The notes: a model not told the origin generated them from the letters alone. A stretch of DNA of 64,000 nucleotides from an uncultured Pseudomonadota bacterium (GCA_963770835.1 CAVYRH010000026.1:416001-480000); one strand, 5' to 3'. Positions 31,114 to 42,209 are shown, numbered from the stretch's first letter. Program-made: numbers and translations.

Positions 31114-34100
31114 ATGAATGGAAAAAATTTTTACTTCAAAGCCCTGGGCCTTCTCGGCCTTTTAGGCCTGCCGGTTTTTTCATCGGCCCAGACCCTGCCC
31201 GCAACCATCACAGTGAACGCCGCCGCCACCCTGACCTCTTTTATTCCCATCAGCATCTTCGGGAACAATGCGGCCTATTGGATTGGCTCCAACAGCAACA
31301 TGTCCGCCCAGCCCCTTGTCCAAGCGGCGGGGAACTACTTTATCCGCTACCCGGGCGGTTCCTCCTCGGACGACTACCATTGGAACGGGACGGGAGTTGG
31401 ACCGGTGACTTTAAATGGAGTTGCCGGATTTAATTCCAACGGTTATTGGGTTCCCAGCGGAACCTCTTGGTCCTCAGGCTTCGTGGGGTACGAAACTTAC
31501 CGGGGCACCACTTCCAGCTACGGCACGGCTTCCCACCTGACCGACGGCAGCACGGCCACCACCTGGATGTCCAACGTGGACACCGATTTTCCCAACCACC
31601 AGTATGTTATTTTGGATTTGACGGGGACCGGCAATACCACCGCTAACGTCAACGCGGTCACCATTGTCTGGGGGACCCCCTATGCCACTTCCTTCCAAGT
31701 GCAATGGTTTCCGGGTAATGCCTGGAACTCCCCCACCAACACCAGCCCGGAGTCGTCCGCTTGGACCACCACCAGCGCCGGAACGGTCGCGGGCACCGGG
31801 GGCACCCAAGGGGTGACTTTTACCCAGGTTTCGACCCGCTATGTCCGCATCCTCATGACCGCCGCCTCGGGAAACTTGACCGCCAATTTGGGTTCCGTCA
31901 CCATCACCGGGCCTGCCTATGCGATCGCTGAGGTGACGGTTTATAACGGGGCCACATCGGTATCGAACAACACGTCCAACGCCACTTCACAGACCGTTGC
32001 GCAAGTTTCCTCCACCGATCCCGCCAGCACCATGAATTACACCACCAACTCACCCGGAAGCACGGACTTCGGAGCTTTTATGAACTATGTCAATCCCTTC
32101 TCGCCCCACGCCATTCCCCTGATCACGGTCAATTTCGGGACGGGTACGCCTTCGGAGGCGGCCTCCTGGGTGAACTACGCCAACAATATTCAGCATTACG
32201 GGATCCATTACTGGCAGATCGGGAACGAAACGGAAGGGACCTGGGAAACAGGGGGGCCGATTCCGACCCAGGATTACGTCAGGCGTTACATCGAGTATTA
32301 CACCGCCATGAAGGCCGTGGACCCGACGATCATCATTACCGGTCCCGTGGCCGGCGGGTTTGGCGATGGCTCCAATATGTACGATGGAAACGGAGTCGTG
32401 CAGGATTTCATTTCCATCCTTGCCTCCAAGGGAGCCATCAGCAACCTGAACGCCATCGACTACCATTGGTATCCCAATTACGGCAATTACACTGCCGCAT
32501 CAGCCTTGGCCAGTACTTCCACCCTGGACGCCTTTCCGAGCCAGTTGAACTCCTGGCTCACCAGCGCGGCGGTGCCCAGCCCGAAAACGGTACCTGTCTT
32601 AATGAGCGAATTCAACGTGGACCCAAGTGACGAGAATTTCCAAGTCCAGTTGGGGAACGGCCTCTGGGTGGCTGACGCCTTGGGCCATTTCATCACCGAT
32701 TTTGGGAGCCGGGGTTATTGCAACCTATGGGACACCTTGAACGGGGGGAGCGGCGACACAAATCCATTGGGCGGGGATTTGGGGTATTTGGACGTCAATG
32801 ACAACCTGTCCCCCCGTGCGACCTATTGGGCCATGAAAATGATGACCAACGATTGGGCGATCCCGGGTGACACCAACAACCACCAACTGATTTCCACCGC
32901 CGTTACCGTCGGCACATCCCCAGCCACCTTGTTGGCGGCCTACTCCGATTACCGGCCCGACGGGGTTTTTTCGATAGTTGTCGTCAACAAGGATCCGGCG
33001 AATGCCTATAAGACCCAAATCTCCGGATTGCCTTTCCCGCCGAACTCCAATGCCAATATGTGGACTTTCAACAACACGAATTACGCTTGGGTTACCACGG
33101 GGGCGACCCCTTACCACGCTTCCCCCGACACGGCCCCGACTACCGCCACTATTTCCAATGCCTCAGCCACTTCCTTTCCTGTGACCTTCCAGCCTTATTC
33201 GATCACGGTCCTGCAATTCACCAACTCCGGACAGCCCACCAACACCACCACCGCCACCCCCACCATCACGGCGACGCCCACCATCACCCCTACGCCCAAT
33301 TACGGGCCCGCCACCCTGGTGGACGATTTTGAGAATTTAAGCCGGGACGGTACGCCGCCGGCCCGCACCAATCTTTGGGGGGGTACTTGGAGCACCTACT
33401 TGGATACCAATGGGAGCACCATCAACATTCAATATGGCGTTTCTCCCGGCGCCGCGGGAACCAATTACGCGGCTCGGATCTACGGCAACATCGTGGCCAA
33501 GACCGCCTCCAACAACCCTTACGCGGGTTATATCAGTTACTTAAGCCCGGTTTGGCCTCCGACGGCCTATAACTTGAGCGGAAGCGGAATCCTGGGGCTC
33601 GAATTCTGGATTTACGGGGACGGTAATACTTACCGGGTGATGGTGGACGACCAGGCCGTGACGACCGGGGACAATTACGGACTGAACATCACACCTCCGA
33701 CAGGCCAATGGACTTTTTATCAAATCCCCTTTTCGTCCATGACCCAACAAGGTTGGGGAACCGAAACTGGTATTCCCACCCACTTTGCGGGGACGGACGC
33801 AACGGGGATCCAATTGGGCGTCGAGGGTTACGGGTTTAGCTACAACATCGAATGGGACCAGATCGCTTTCTACACCGCGGCCGCCATCGGAACGCCTACT
33901 TCCACACCGAGTTCCACTTATACTCCAACGGTTTGCATGGATGGTTCAGGGCATACCTGCACCCCTACCCCCACGCCTAGCGCCACGGGGACGCCCACGC
34001 CCACTATTTCCCCCACGCCCACTTCCACCGCCGCTTCCACCGCCACCCCGGTGCCGGTCAACCTTCTCTTCCCTAACCCGGTTAGGGACCAAACCCCCTT

Positions 34101-34341
34101 GAGCTTTTACTACAAAGTGATCGCGCCCTTGGACCAGGTCAAGGTAAAGATCTTCACTTTGACCCTCCGCAAGATCTACGAGGATGACACCCTTTCCACA
34201 ACCGTTGGAGACAACCGGTACACGCTCAACTGGGATAAGCCGGGCTTGAACCTCGCCAACGGTCTTTATTATGTGGTGCTTTATTTCAAGGCGGGGGGGT
34301 CGGAAAACCACCAGGTCATGAAACTTCTCATCCAAAGATAA
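31114..34341 (+). CDS. Secreted clan GH-A hydrolase (GH51/GH79/GH44-like) with inserted CBM32/F5-8 domain, CBM11/CIA30-like domain, PT linker and CTD
   Basis: Signal peptide; [44 protein letters not shown]...ILDL...TRYVRILMT...IAEVTVY; LVDDFEN...IPFSSM.QQGWG...WDQIAFY. Confidence 0.8.
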   Translation: MNGKNFYFKALGLLGLLGLPVFSSAQTLPATITVNAAATLTSFIPISIFGNNAAYWIGSNSNMSAQPLVQAAGNYFIRYPGGSSSDDYHWNGTGVGPVTLNGVAGFNSNGYWVPSGTSWSSGFVGYETYRGTTSSYGTASHLTDGSTATTWMSNVDTDFPNHQYVILDLTGTGNTTANVNAVTIVWGTPYATSFQVQWFPGNAWNSPTNTSPESSAWTTTSAGTVAGTGGTQGVTFTQVSTRYVRILMTAASGNLTANLGSVTITGPAYAIAEVTVYNGATSVSNNTSNATSQTVAQVSSTDPASTMNYTTNSPGSTDFGAFMNYVNPFSPHAIPLITVNFGTGTPSEAASWVNYANNIQHYGIHYWQIGNETEGTWETGGPIPTQDYVRRYIEYYTAMKAVDPTIIITGPVAGGFGDGSNMYDGNGVVQDFISILASKGAISNLNAIDYHWYPNYGNYTAASALASTSTLDAFPSQLNSWLTSAAVPSPKTVPVLMSEFNVDPSDENFQVQLGNGLWVADALGHFITDFGSRGYCNLWDTLNGGSGDTNPLGGDLGYLDVNDNLSPRATYWAMKMMTNDWAIPGDTNNHQLISTAVTVGTSPATLLAAYSDYRPDGVFSIVVVNKDPANAYKTQISGLPFPPNSNANMWTFNNTNYAWVTTGATPYHASPDTAPTTATISNASATSFPVTFQPYSITVLQFTNSGQPTNTTTATPTITATPTITPTPNYGPATLVDDFENLSRDGTPPARTNLWGGTWSTYLDTNGSTINIQYGVSPGAAGTNYAARIYGNIVAKTASNNPYAGYISYLSPVWPPTAYNLSGSGILGLEFWIYGDGNTYRVMVDDQAVTTGDNYGLNITPPTGQWTFYQIPFSSMTQQGWGTETGIPTHFAGTDATGIQLGVEGYGFSYNIEWDQIAFYTAAAIGTPTSTPSSTYTPTVCMDGSGHTCTPTPTPSATGTPTPTISPTPTSTAASTATPVPVNLLFPNPVRDQTPLSFYYKVIAPLDQVKVKIFTLTLRKIYEDDTLSTTVGDNRYTLNWDKPGLNLANGLYYVVLYFKAGGSENHQVMKLLIQR

Positions 34342-34350
34342 TTTATTTAA

Positions 34351-34364
34351 TGGAAGCGCTCTCA
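34351..34364. promoter_or_regulatory. LacI-family (CelR/CebR-like) operator
   Basis: TGGAAGCGCTCTCA, 12/14 match to the actinobacterial CelR/CebR site TGGGAGCGCTCCCA. Confidence 0.6.
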
Positions 34365-34443
34365 ATTCCTCGAAGCCATGGGGAATATGTGATAGCCTTT
34401 GCAACATCCGCTTTTTTAGCGCCATCATCCTTTTGAGGTTTCC

Positions 34444-37400
34444 TTGGAACGATTAGAGAAAACTATTTTGTGCGCCGGGGCGCTGTTTCTCTTAACGGCC
34501 ACCGGGCAGGCCCAGATCGCCGCCTCAATCACCATCAACGCCGTCGGCGCCGGCACTACGGTGACGTCCTTCGTGCCCATCCATGTTTTCGGGGTCAACA
34601 CGGCCTATTGGGTTTCCAACACCGCTAACGAGGCGGTTTCGGCCCAGGTGATGGCGGCGGGGAACTACTTCCTGCGATATCCGGGTGGCTCCTCCTCCGA
34701 CGACTACCATTGGAACAGCACGGGCAGTTACAACGCCAGCGACTATTGGGTCCCCAGCGGGACCACCTATACCGCCGGCTTCCAGGCTTGCGAGATCTAC
34801 CGGGGTACCACCTCGGCCAGTTACGGCTATCCCTCCAACCTCGACGACGGCAGCACGGGCACCACCTGGCTCTCCAACGTGGACACCGACTTCCCCGACC
34901 ACCAATGGGCCTACATGGACCTGGGCGCCACCAACACCACGGTCAGCGCGGTGACCATCGCCTGGGGCAACCCTTACGCGGCGACTTTCGTCGTCCAGTA
35001 CTACAACGGCAACGCCACGCCCTATAGCAACGCCACCGAGACCATCTGGACGAATACTTCGGCCGCCACGGTCACGGGTACCGGGGGAACCCAGGGCGTG
35101 GCCTTCACCGCCGTGGGCACCCGGTATATCCGCATCCTCATGACCTCCAGCTCGGGCGGCGCCGGGGCGCCCTACGCTATCGCCGAACTTTACGCCTATA
35201 ACGGGGCCACCCAGGTCAGCAAGAACACCGACACGGAAGCCAACCAATCCCCCGTGGTGGTTTCCAGCACCGACCCGGCTTCCAGCAAAACCTGCACCGG
35301 CGCCGTCACCTACTACGCCAACTACTACCAGACCACCCCGAACGGCTCCATGGACTTCGCGTCCTACATGAAGGAGGTCCAATCTTTCACACCCCATGCC
35401 ATTCCCCTCATCACTGTGAACTTTGGCACGGGCACGCCCTCCGAGGCGGCTTCCTGGGTGCATTACGCCAACGTCGTCGCGGCCCCGACCTACGGCGTGA
35501 GCATCCATTACTGGCAGATCGGCAACGAGACCAACGGGGTGTGGGAAACGGGCGGGCCCATGAACGCCAACGACTACGGACGGCGTTACATGGAGTATTA
35601 CAGCGCCATGCAGGCCGAGGCTTCCTCGGATGGGGTGCCCATCACCATCGTGGGCCCGGTTCCGGGTTCCCCCAATCCCAGTTCCAATGCCTATGACGGA
35701 AGCACCTATATCCAGACCTTCCTCAACCGGCTTTACACCAATACGGGCGGGAGTGCGGTGTCCGAAGTGGGCGGCATCGACTTCCACTGGTATCCGGGCG
35801 TTTCGGCCTACCCTGCGGGTTTCTCCACGCCCGCCCAGCTTTCCAATTTCGCTGTCACCCTTTCGGGATGGCTATCCGCCGTGGGGCTGAACATGAACAA
35901 CATGCCCATCATCATGAGCGAGTACAACTGCAACGCGGGTACGCCTAACGTCACCGTCCAGCTAGCCAACGGCCTCTGGCTGGCCAACTGGCTGGGGCAA
36001 TACATCACGGGTTTCGGCCCGACGGGTTACTCCAATCTTTGGGACGTGATCAACGGCGGCAACGACCATACCACCACGACCGGCGGGGACCTGGGCTACC
36101 TGGACAATTCCTCACCCTACCAGCAGCACGCCACCTACTGGACTATGAAGATGATGGCCACGGACTGGGCCATTTCGGGGGACGCCAATACCCATGAACT
36201 GGTGAACAGCTCCAGCAGCGCCACCACCCTCGCTACCTACGCGGATTACCGGCCCGACGGGGTGCTTTCACTGATGGTGGTCAACCGCGACCCCACCAAT
36301 TCTTACGCTACCACCATTACGGTGAACGGCTTCGTGCCCAATACCACGGCCAATGCCTGGACCTTTAATTCCACCAATTATGCCTGGCAGACTACCACCA
36401 CACCTTATAACGCCAACCCGGATACAGCCCCCACCACCATGACCCTCACCAACGTTGCCTCCTCCTTCCCAGTCACCTTCACGCCTTATTCCCTCAACGT
36501 CATCCAAATCACCAATTCCGGAATCCCCACCAACACTCCGACCTCCACGGTGACCGCCACGCCGACGAAGACCCCGACCAATTCCCCGACCCCTACCCCC
36601 ACCTTTACCCCGACCGGGACGGCGACTAATTCCCCCACTCCCACCGTGACCGCCACCCCCTCAAACTCCCCTACCCCTACCTCCAGCGGGACCCCCACCA
36701 ACACCCCGACCAATTCGCTCACCGCGACCGTAACCCCTACCCCCACCAACTCCTCGACCGGGACCGCCACCGCCTCGCCCACCAATACCCTGACGGCCAC
36801 AGCCACTAATACCGTTTGCACGGATGGCTTGGGGAATACCTGCACCTTCTCGCCTACGCCCACCATTACCTCCACCCCGACCTCCACGCCCAGCTTCACC
36901 CCCACAGCCACGCCCAGCTTCACTTTCTCCCCCACCCCGACCAACAGCCCCACCCTTACCGCCACGCCCACGGTGAGTTCCACACCCACTTCCACCCCGG
37001 CCTCGACCGTGACCTTTTCCCAGCAGGTTTCCAATTCCAGCCCCAGCGCTGGCCAAACGCTGGTCTATTCGCTTTCCATAACGGTCTCAGGCGGCCCCGT
37101 CGGCCAAGCGGCGGTGACGGACGTCCTTCCTTCCAACGAAACTTTCGTGCAATTCACGGCAGGGGACCCGGTGGGGACGGATTCGGGCCAAACGGTCGTT
37201 TGGGATTTGAGCAGCCTCACTCCCGGCACTTATACCTTGGGTTTCAGCGCCAGCGTGGCTGCCAGCATCGCCACAGGGACGGTCTTGACCTCGGACGGAA
37301 GCCTGGACTTGGTGGTGGAAGGCTCCCAATACTCTTCCAATTCGTCCGTCACCATCGTCAATTTCACCCCGACCCCGACGTCCAGCCCGTCGCAAACGCC

Positions 37401-37710
37401 CACGACTAGCCCCACTCCCTCCTCTGTCAACGTCCTTTACCCCAACCCCCTCACCGGGGACCAGCCGGTGAATTTCAACTACAACGTGACCGCCGCCGTG
37501 GACCAGGTGAAGGTAAAGATATTCACGGTGTCATTCCGGAAGATCTACGAGGATGACACCCTATCTACCGTCTTGGGCCCCAACAAGTACACTCTCGATT
37601 GGGGCAAGAAGGGGTTGAACATCGCCAACGGGCTCTATTACGTGGTATTGGTCTACAAAACAGGCGGCAAAGAAACCCACCAAGTCATGAAACTTCTCAT
37701 CCAAAGATAG
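34444..37710 (+). CDS. Secreted clan GH-A hydrolase, paralog of 31114..34341, with inserted CBM32, long PT linker, DUF11-like domain and CTD
   Basis: [47 protein letters not shown]...VTDVLP (DUF11 pattern); LYPNP...NGLYYVV...MKLLIQR. Confidence 0.8.
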   Translation: MERLEKTILCAGALFLLTATGQAQIAASITINAVGAGTTVTSFVPIHVFGVNTAYWVSNTANEAVSAQVMAAGNYFLRYPGGSSSDDYHWNSTGSYNASDYWVPSGTTYTAGFQACEIYRGTTSASYGYPSNLDDGSTGTTWLSNVDTDFPDHQWAYMDLGATNTTVSAVTIAWGNPYAATFVVQYYNGNATPYSNATETIWTNTSAATVTGTGGTQGVAFTAVGTRYIRILMTSSSGGAGAPYAIAELYAYNGATQVSKNTDTEANQSPVVVSSTDPASSKTCTGAVTYYANYYQTTPNGSMDFASYMKEVQSFTPHAIPLITVNFGTGTPSEAASWVHYANVVAAPTYGVSIHYWQIGNETNGVWETGGPMNANDYGRRYMEYYSAMQAEASSDGVPITIVGPVPGSPNPSSNAYDGSTYIQTFLNRLYTNTGGSAVSEVGGIDFHWYPGVSAYPAGFSTPAQLSNFAVTLSGWLSAVGLNMNNMPIIMSEYNCNAGTPNVTVQLANGLWLANWLGQYITGFGPTGYSNLWDVINGGNDHTTTTGGDLGYLDNSSPYQQHATYWTMKMMATDWAISGDANTHELVNSSSSATTLATYADYRPDGVLSLMVVNRDPTNSYATTITVNGFVPNTTANAWTFNSTNYAWQTTTTPYNANPDTAPTTMTLTNVASSFPVTFTPYSLNVIQITNSGIPTNTPTSTVTATPTKTPTNSPTPTPTFTPTGTATNSPTPTVTATPSNSPTPTSSGTPTNTPTNSLTATVTPTPTNSSTGTATASPTNTLTATATNTVCTDGLGNTCTFSPTPTITSTPTSTPSFTPTATPSFTFSPTPTNSPTLTATPTVSSTPTSTPASTVTFSQQVSNSSPSAGQTLVYSLSITVSGGPVGQAAVTDVLPSNETFVQFTAGDPVGTDSGQTVVWDLSSLTPGTYTLGFSASVAASIATGTVLTSDGSLDLVVEGSQYSSNSSVTIVNFTPTPTSSPSQTPTTSPTPSSVNVLYPNPLTGDQPVNFNYNVTAAVDQVKVKIFTVSFRKIYEDDTLSTVLGPNKYTLDWGKKGLNIANGLYYVVLVYKTGGKETHQVMKLLIQR

Positions 37711-37717
37711 TTTATTT

Positions 37718-37735
37718 ATTGGAAGCGGTTCCAAT
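37718..37735. promoter_or_regulatory. LacI-family operator
   Basis: ATTGGAAGCGGTTCCAAT, a near-perfect 18-bp palindrome at the same relative position as the 34351 site. Confidence 0.65.
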
Positions 37736-37813
37736 TCATCGAAGTCCCACGGAATCCGTGATAACCTTTGCTGCACTCGTCTTTTCGGTGCCATTCTTCC
37801 TTTTGAGGTCCCT

Positions 37814-40108
37814 TTGAAGCGGTTAAAACAAATCATCCTGGACGCCGGGGCACTGTTTTTTCTAACCGCCTCCGGCAACGCCGCCAGCCTTACTTTCACC
37901 ATTGATGCCGGCGCTCCGGTTTCGGCCATTCCCCAAGAAGCCTATGGCGCCAATTGGGACATCGGTGTGCCTCAGATCCCCCTTTATCGCCAGGGGGGGA
38001 ACCGCCTGACCGGCTATAACTGGGAAAATAACGCCTCCAACGCGGGCACTGATTACGGCCCCAACCATGAGGATTGGTACATGGTGCCAACAGGCGTCAC
38101 CCCGCCTGGTATGCCAGCGACCACCCTGACCACTTTTATTTCGGGAAACAACGCCAAAGGGGCCGAGTCCTTGGTCACACTGCAGGCTGCCGGTTACGTT
38201 TCGGCGGACGGGAACTGCAACTGTGACGTGACCGTCACCGGCCCCGCGGATACCAGTGGAACTTATTGGAAGACGGTCGTTTTCAGCGGAGGCCCCACGA
38301 CCGGCTTACCCAACACCTCCGACAATGTGGTCTATATGAACGAGGAAATGGCTTATCTCCTCTCCGCCGTTGGCGGCGCTGGAACGGGTGGGGCCAAATT
38401 CTATTGTTTGGACAATGAGCCGGGCATCTGGAATGGAACTCATCCCATGATTTGCCCCACCCAACCCTCTTACGCCGTAATCACCAGCAAGGGTGTGAGC
38501 CTGGCCACTGTCATTACAGCGGCCGATCCCGGGGCCCAAGTCCTGGGGCCGGTAGAGGCCGGCTGGTGGTGGCTGGGCTATAACTATGGAACCCACGCCT
38601 TGGATAACGCAGATAGCTACCTCAGCCAGATGTCGGCGGCCTCTACCTCCCAGGGTCGCCGCCTGCTCCATTACCTGGACGTCCATTGGTACCCCGAGGT
38701 CTATTACATCAATGGTGGGGTCACGACGCGTATTACCAATACCAACGTTGACGGGGGAACAGGGAACATGCGGATGCAGGCACCCCGTTCCCTTTGGGAC
38801 CCGACCTATGTGGACCCTAATGACAACATCTGCGGCGCCATCGGAGGTCAACCTCTGACAATGATTTCCCGTCTTCAAACTGCCGTTTCGCAGTATTACC
38901 CAGGGACCAAGGTCGCCATGTCGGAATATTATTACGGGGGGGACTATGACGTTTCAGGCGGCGTGGCCGAAGCGGATGCCTTGGGTATTTTCGGGAAAAC
39001 AGGCACGCTTGCCTGCATGTTTGGAAACGGTGTCACTTATATCCGGTCCGCTTACAACCTTTACCTTAATTACGACGGGGCTGGTTCCAGTTTCGGGAAT
39101 CTTTCCATGCCGGCTTCTACCAATAGCGTGACCTTATCGTCCCTCTACGCCTCACGGAACAACTCTTCACCCAACAAAATGTGGCTGGTGGCGGTGGACC
39201 GCAATTTTACCTCCGCGTCGGTGACCGATTCGGCCGCCTTCACAGTGAACAACCTGGCGGCAGGCCAGTCCATCATCGGTATCCGGGCCTTCCGTTTCGA
39301 CGCCAACAATTCCACCCTTTACACCGTCTCGCCGGCCCCGGTCACGACCTCGGCCACCAGCTTTACGGACAACAGTATGCCGGGCCGGTCAGGCACGATT
39401 TACGAGCTGACCTTGAGCCAATCCTTCGCCACCTTTACCCCCACGCCCAGCGCCACCGCGACGGCCACCCCCACTTCGACCGCCACCCGGACCCCCATCA
39501 ACACCCCCACCGCCAGTTTTACCTCCACCCCTACCAACACTCCCACCTCATCCGCCAGTTCTACCCCCACCCCGACCCCTTCCTCTACGCCCACGGGAAC
39601 ACCGAGTTTTACGCCCACGCCATCGGGAACCTGGTACACCTCCACGCCCACCGACTCACCCACTTCCACGCCCACTTCTACCCCCACGCTCACCCCGACC
39701 CCTACCGCTACTTTTACGCCCACCACGACCAAGACCCAAACGGCGACCTCCACCCCCACTTCCACGCCCACCCTATCCCCCACGATCACCAACACCTTCA
39801 GCTGGACGCCAACCCCCAACCTCTTAAATACCCTTTATCCCAATCCGGTCACGGGCAGCCAGCCCGTCAATTTCAATTACAACGTGACTTCGCCCTTGGA
39901 CCAGGTGAAGGTGAAGCTCTTCACCGTGTCCTTCCGGAAGATCTATGAGGATGACACCCTGCCCACCGGGATGGGAGCGAATAAATATTCCCTGAACTGG
40001 AGCAACGCGGGGTTGAACATCGCCAACGGGCTTTATTACGTAGTGCTTTATTTCAAGTCGGGGGGATCCGAAACCCACCAAATCATGAAGCTGTTAGTGC
40101 AGCGTTAG
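37814..40108 (+). CDS. Secreted GH44 endoglucanase/xyloglucanase with PT linker and CTD
   Basis: [62 protein letters not shown]. Confidence 0.9.
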   Translation: MKRLKQIILDAGALFFLTASGNAASLTFTIDAGAPVSAIPQEAYGANWDIGVPQIPLYRQGGNRLTGYNWENNASNAGTDYGPNHEDWYMVPTGVTPPGMPATTLTTFISGNNAKGAESLVTLQAAGYVSADGNCNCDVTVTGPADTSGTYWKTVVFSGGPTTGLPNTSDNVVYMNEEMAYLLSAVGGAGTGGAKFYCLDNEPGIWNGTHPMICPTQPSYAVITSKGVSLATVITAADPGAQVLGPVEAGWWWLGYNYGTHALDNADSYLSQMSAASTSQGRRLLHYLDVHWYPEVYYINGGVTTRITNTNVDGGTGNMRMQAPRSLWDPTYVDPNDNICGAIGGQPLTMISRLQTAVSQYYPGTKVAMSEYYYGGDYDVSGGVAEADALGIFGKTGTLACMFGNGVTYIRSAYNLYLNYDGAGSSFGNLSMPASTNSVTLSSLYASRNNSSPNKMWLVAVDRNFTSASVTDSAAFTVNNLAAGQSIIGIRAFRFDANNSTLYTVSPAPVTTSATSFTDNSMPGRSGTIYELTLSQSFATFTPTPSATATATPTSTATRTPINTPTASFTSTPTNTPTSSASSTPTPTPSSTPTGTPSFTPTPSGTWYTSTPTDSPTSTPTSTPTLTPTPTATFTPTTTKTQTATSTPTSTPTLSPTITNTFSWTPTPNLLNTLYPNPVTGSQPVNFNYNVTSPLDQVKVKLFTVSFRKIYEDDTLPTGMGANKYSLNWSNAGLNIANGLYYVVLYFKSGGSETHQIMKLLVQR

Positions 40109-40284
40109 AGGGGACAAACTTCTTTCCTGGAAACAAAACGGGAAGTTTCCACGCTTGTTCCAGATTTTCCTGTTTAACCGCCCATTCAGCCCTTTCACCG
40201 CAAATTCCAAGGTATACTTCACCTAAAGCCGGATTCACTCCGGCTTTTTTCTTTTTCAGCCGGCAAGCTTGTAACCCGGACTAA

Positions 40285-42153
40285 ATGGAACCGTTACTCA
40301 TCATCATGGACCTTAAAAAACCTCTTTTAATGATTGCCGCTTTCGGGCTGATTCCCCTGGCCGCCTCGGCGCAAACCACCGTCACGGTGAATGCCGCCAC
40401 CACCCTGGTCGCCATTCCCAGCCAAATCTATGGGAACAACATGTCCTGCTACAACGAATCCAATAACGGCTCGGATTCCACCTATGTCACCGACATGCAG
40501 ATCTCGGGCTGCCGCAACCTCCGCTGGCCCGGCGGTTCCTACGCCGACATCGTGAATTGGGACGACATCACCTGCCAGGAAAGTTACTACGCCACCACGC
40601 CCCAATTCGTTTCCTTCCTCCAGGCCTTCGGGGGAACGATGCAGCCCATCGTGAATTTCAGCGGCTATTGGTGCAATACCCAGTATTCGGACCCCTCTGC
40701 GCCCGTCAGCCTGGCGGAGGCCTGGGTCACCTGGAACAAGTCCAGCGCCGGTTCGGCGAGAGCCACTTATTGGGAAATTGGGAATGAAAGCTACGGGTCT
40801 TGGGAACAGGGTGGGCAGGGGTCGTCCGGCAGCACTTTGACAGGAACGGTTTACGGCCTGCAGTTCGCTCAGTACTACACGGGCATGAAAGCCATCGACT
40901 CCAGCATCAAGATCGGGGCCGTGGCCGTGCCAAGTTCCACCCAATACGGCGACTGGACACCGGAAATGCTCGCCGCCTGCAAGGCCGCCGGGACCATCCC
41001 GGACTTCCTCATCATCCACAATTATCCCGAGGGGGTGACGGGCACGGGAGCCACTTATGACGCCCAAACCCTTAACACCCTTTACCTGCCTTCGGCTCAA
41101 AAGACCACCCTGGACAATATCGTGTCCTCCGGCCTGGGCTCCTCCTATGTGGGACAGGTCAAGTACATGATGACCGAATACAATTCGAGCCTGGGGCCCA
41201 GCGTGCAAACCGTCGAATACCTGAACGCCATGTTCGTTTCCCAGTGGATCATGGAATGCGCCAAGAACGGCTGGGCGGGGGCCAATCTTTGGGCGGCCAA
41301 GAACGGCGCTTCCGGCGCCGGCGGGCCCGATTACGGCTTCCTGGACGCCAACACGGACAACCCCCATCCCGATTATTACGTCTTCCCCCTTTTGACGGGC
41401 AAGTTCGGGACGCAGATGGTTTCCTGCTCCAGCAGCACCACCACCGTGAGAGCTTATGCGGCCAGGGACTCCTCCAGCGACTTGACCCTCTTCCTGGTCA
41501 ACAACAGCCCCACCGCCGCAACGACCGCCACCATTAATATTTCGGGCTTTTATCCCGAGGCATCCGGCAGCGCCTGGGTCCTGCTGCCCCAGGGGACGGC
41601 CCCCCCGGGGGCGCCCCAGGAAGCCACCGGCATCCAGATCAACGGCACCGCCAACCCGTCCCCCAGCGCGGTGGTCGGCATCGCGGGGGCCTCCCAGGCG
41701 ACCGCGCCCTCCTTCGCCGTGCCGCTTCAACCCAGTGAGATGGTCCTTCTGGTGATACCCGAGGGGGCCACTCCCACCCCCACGGTCACGCCGACCCCCA
41801 CTTCCACCCCCACCCCCTGCGGCTACCCTGGGAACACCTGCACCCCCACGGCGACTCCGACCCCCACGAACACGCCATTTGCCCCGGGGCCGGTGGTGGC
41901 CGTTCCCAACATCCTTCGCGATGGCCAAACCCAGACGGTGTTCCAGGTGCCCGAACCCGGGGCTACCCTGACGGTGACGATTTACGACCTCGCCGGGGAA
42001 AAGGTGGTGGGGGGCACCTGCAGCCAGGGTTCCAGCAGGTGCTCTTGGAATTGCAACGGTGTTGCCAGCGGCCTTTACATCGCACGGGTGCAGGTCACGG
42101 ATGCCGACGGCTCCAACCGAAAGCAGACCCTCAAACTATTGGTGCTTCATTAA
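40285..42153 (+). CDS. Secreted clan GH-A hydrolase (GH51/GH79-like) with PT linker and divergent T9SS/FlgD-Ig-like CTD
   Basis: LRWPGGSYAD, YWEIGNE, IHNYP, MTEYN; VAVPN...VTIYDLAGEKV...WN...VASGLYI...KLLVLH; start may be ATG 40306. Confidence 0.78.
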   Translation: MEPLLIIMDLKKPLLMIAAFGLIPLAASAQTTVTVNAATTLVAIPSQIYGNNMSCYNESNNGSDSTYVTDMQISGCRNLRWPGGSYADIVNWDDITCQESYYATTPQFVSFLQAFGGTMQPIVNFSGYWCNTQYSDPSAPVSLAEAWVTWNKSSAGSARATYWEIGNESYGSWEQGGQGSSGSTLTGTVYGLQFAQYYTGMKAIDSSIKIGAVAVPSSTQYGDWTPEMLAACKAAGTIPDFLIIHNYPEGVTGTGATYDAQTLNTLYLPSAQKTTLDNIVSSGLGSSYVGQVKYMMTEYNSSLGPSVQTVEYLNAMFVSQWIMECAKNGWAGANLWAAKNGASGAGGPDYGFLDANTDNPHPDYYVFPLLTGKFGTQMVSCSSSTTTVRAYAARDSSSDLTLFLVNNSPTAATTATINISGFYPEASGSAWVLLPQGTAPPGAPQEATGIQINGTANPSPSAVVGIAGASQATAPSFAVPLQPSEMVLLVIPEGATPTPTVTPTPTSTPTPCGYPGNTCTPTATPTPTNTPFAPGPVVAVPNILRDGQTQTVFQVPEPGATLTVTIYDLAGEKVVGGTCSQGSSRCSWNCNGVASGLYIARVQVTDADGSNRKQTLKLLVLH

Positions 42154-42209
42154 AAAGACGGGCCCCGCTTGTTTTTAAACAAGCCGGCGCTTGGAAAACC
42201 CCGGAAAAA

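Noticed and set aside
34341..34443. Repeated intergenic junction as an integron attC site
   Set aside because: No RYYYAAC...GTTRRRY hairpin and no integrase; the similarity extends into coding sequence on both sides
36520..37010. Highly repetitive ACN-CCN tracts (also 39430-39820) as a possible CRISPR or satellite array
   Set aside because: They encode Pro/Thr linkers in frame; no constant repeat with unique spacers and no cas genes
34060..40108. Near-identical CTD copies as a DGR template/variable repeat pair
   Set aside because: All copies are coding, differences are not adenine-specific by eye, and no reverse transcriptase is present
29435..42153. Cellulosome (dockerin/cohesin) organisation
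   Set aside because: No duplicated Ca-binding dockerin motif (D.N.DG.V...D) or cohesin repeats seen
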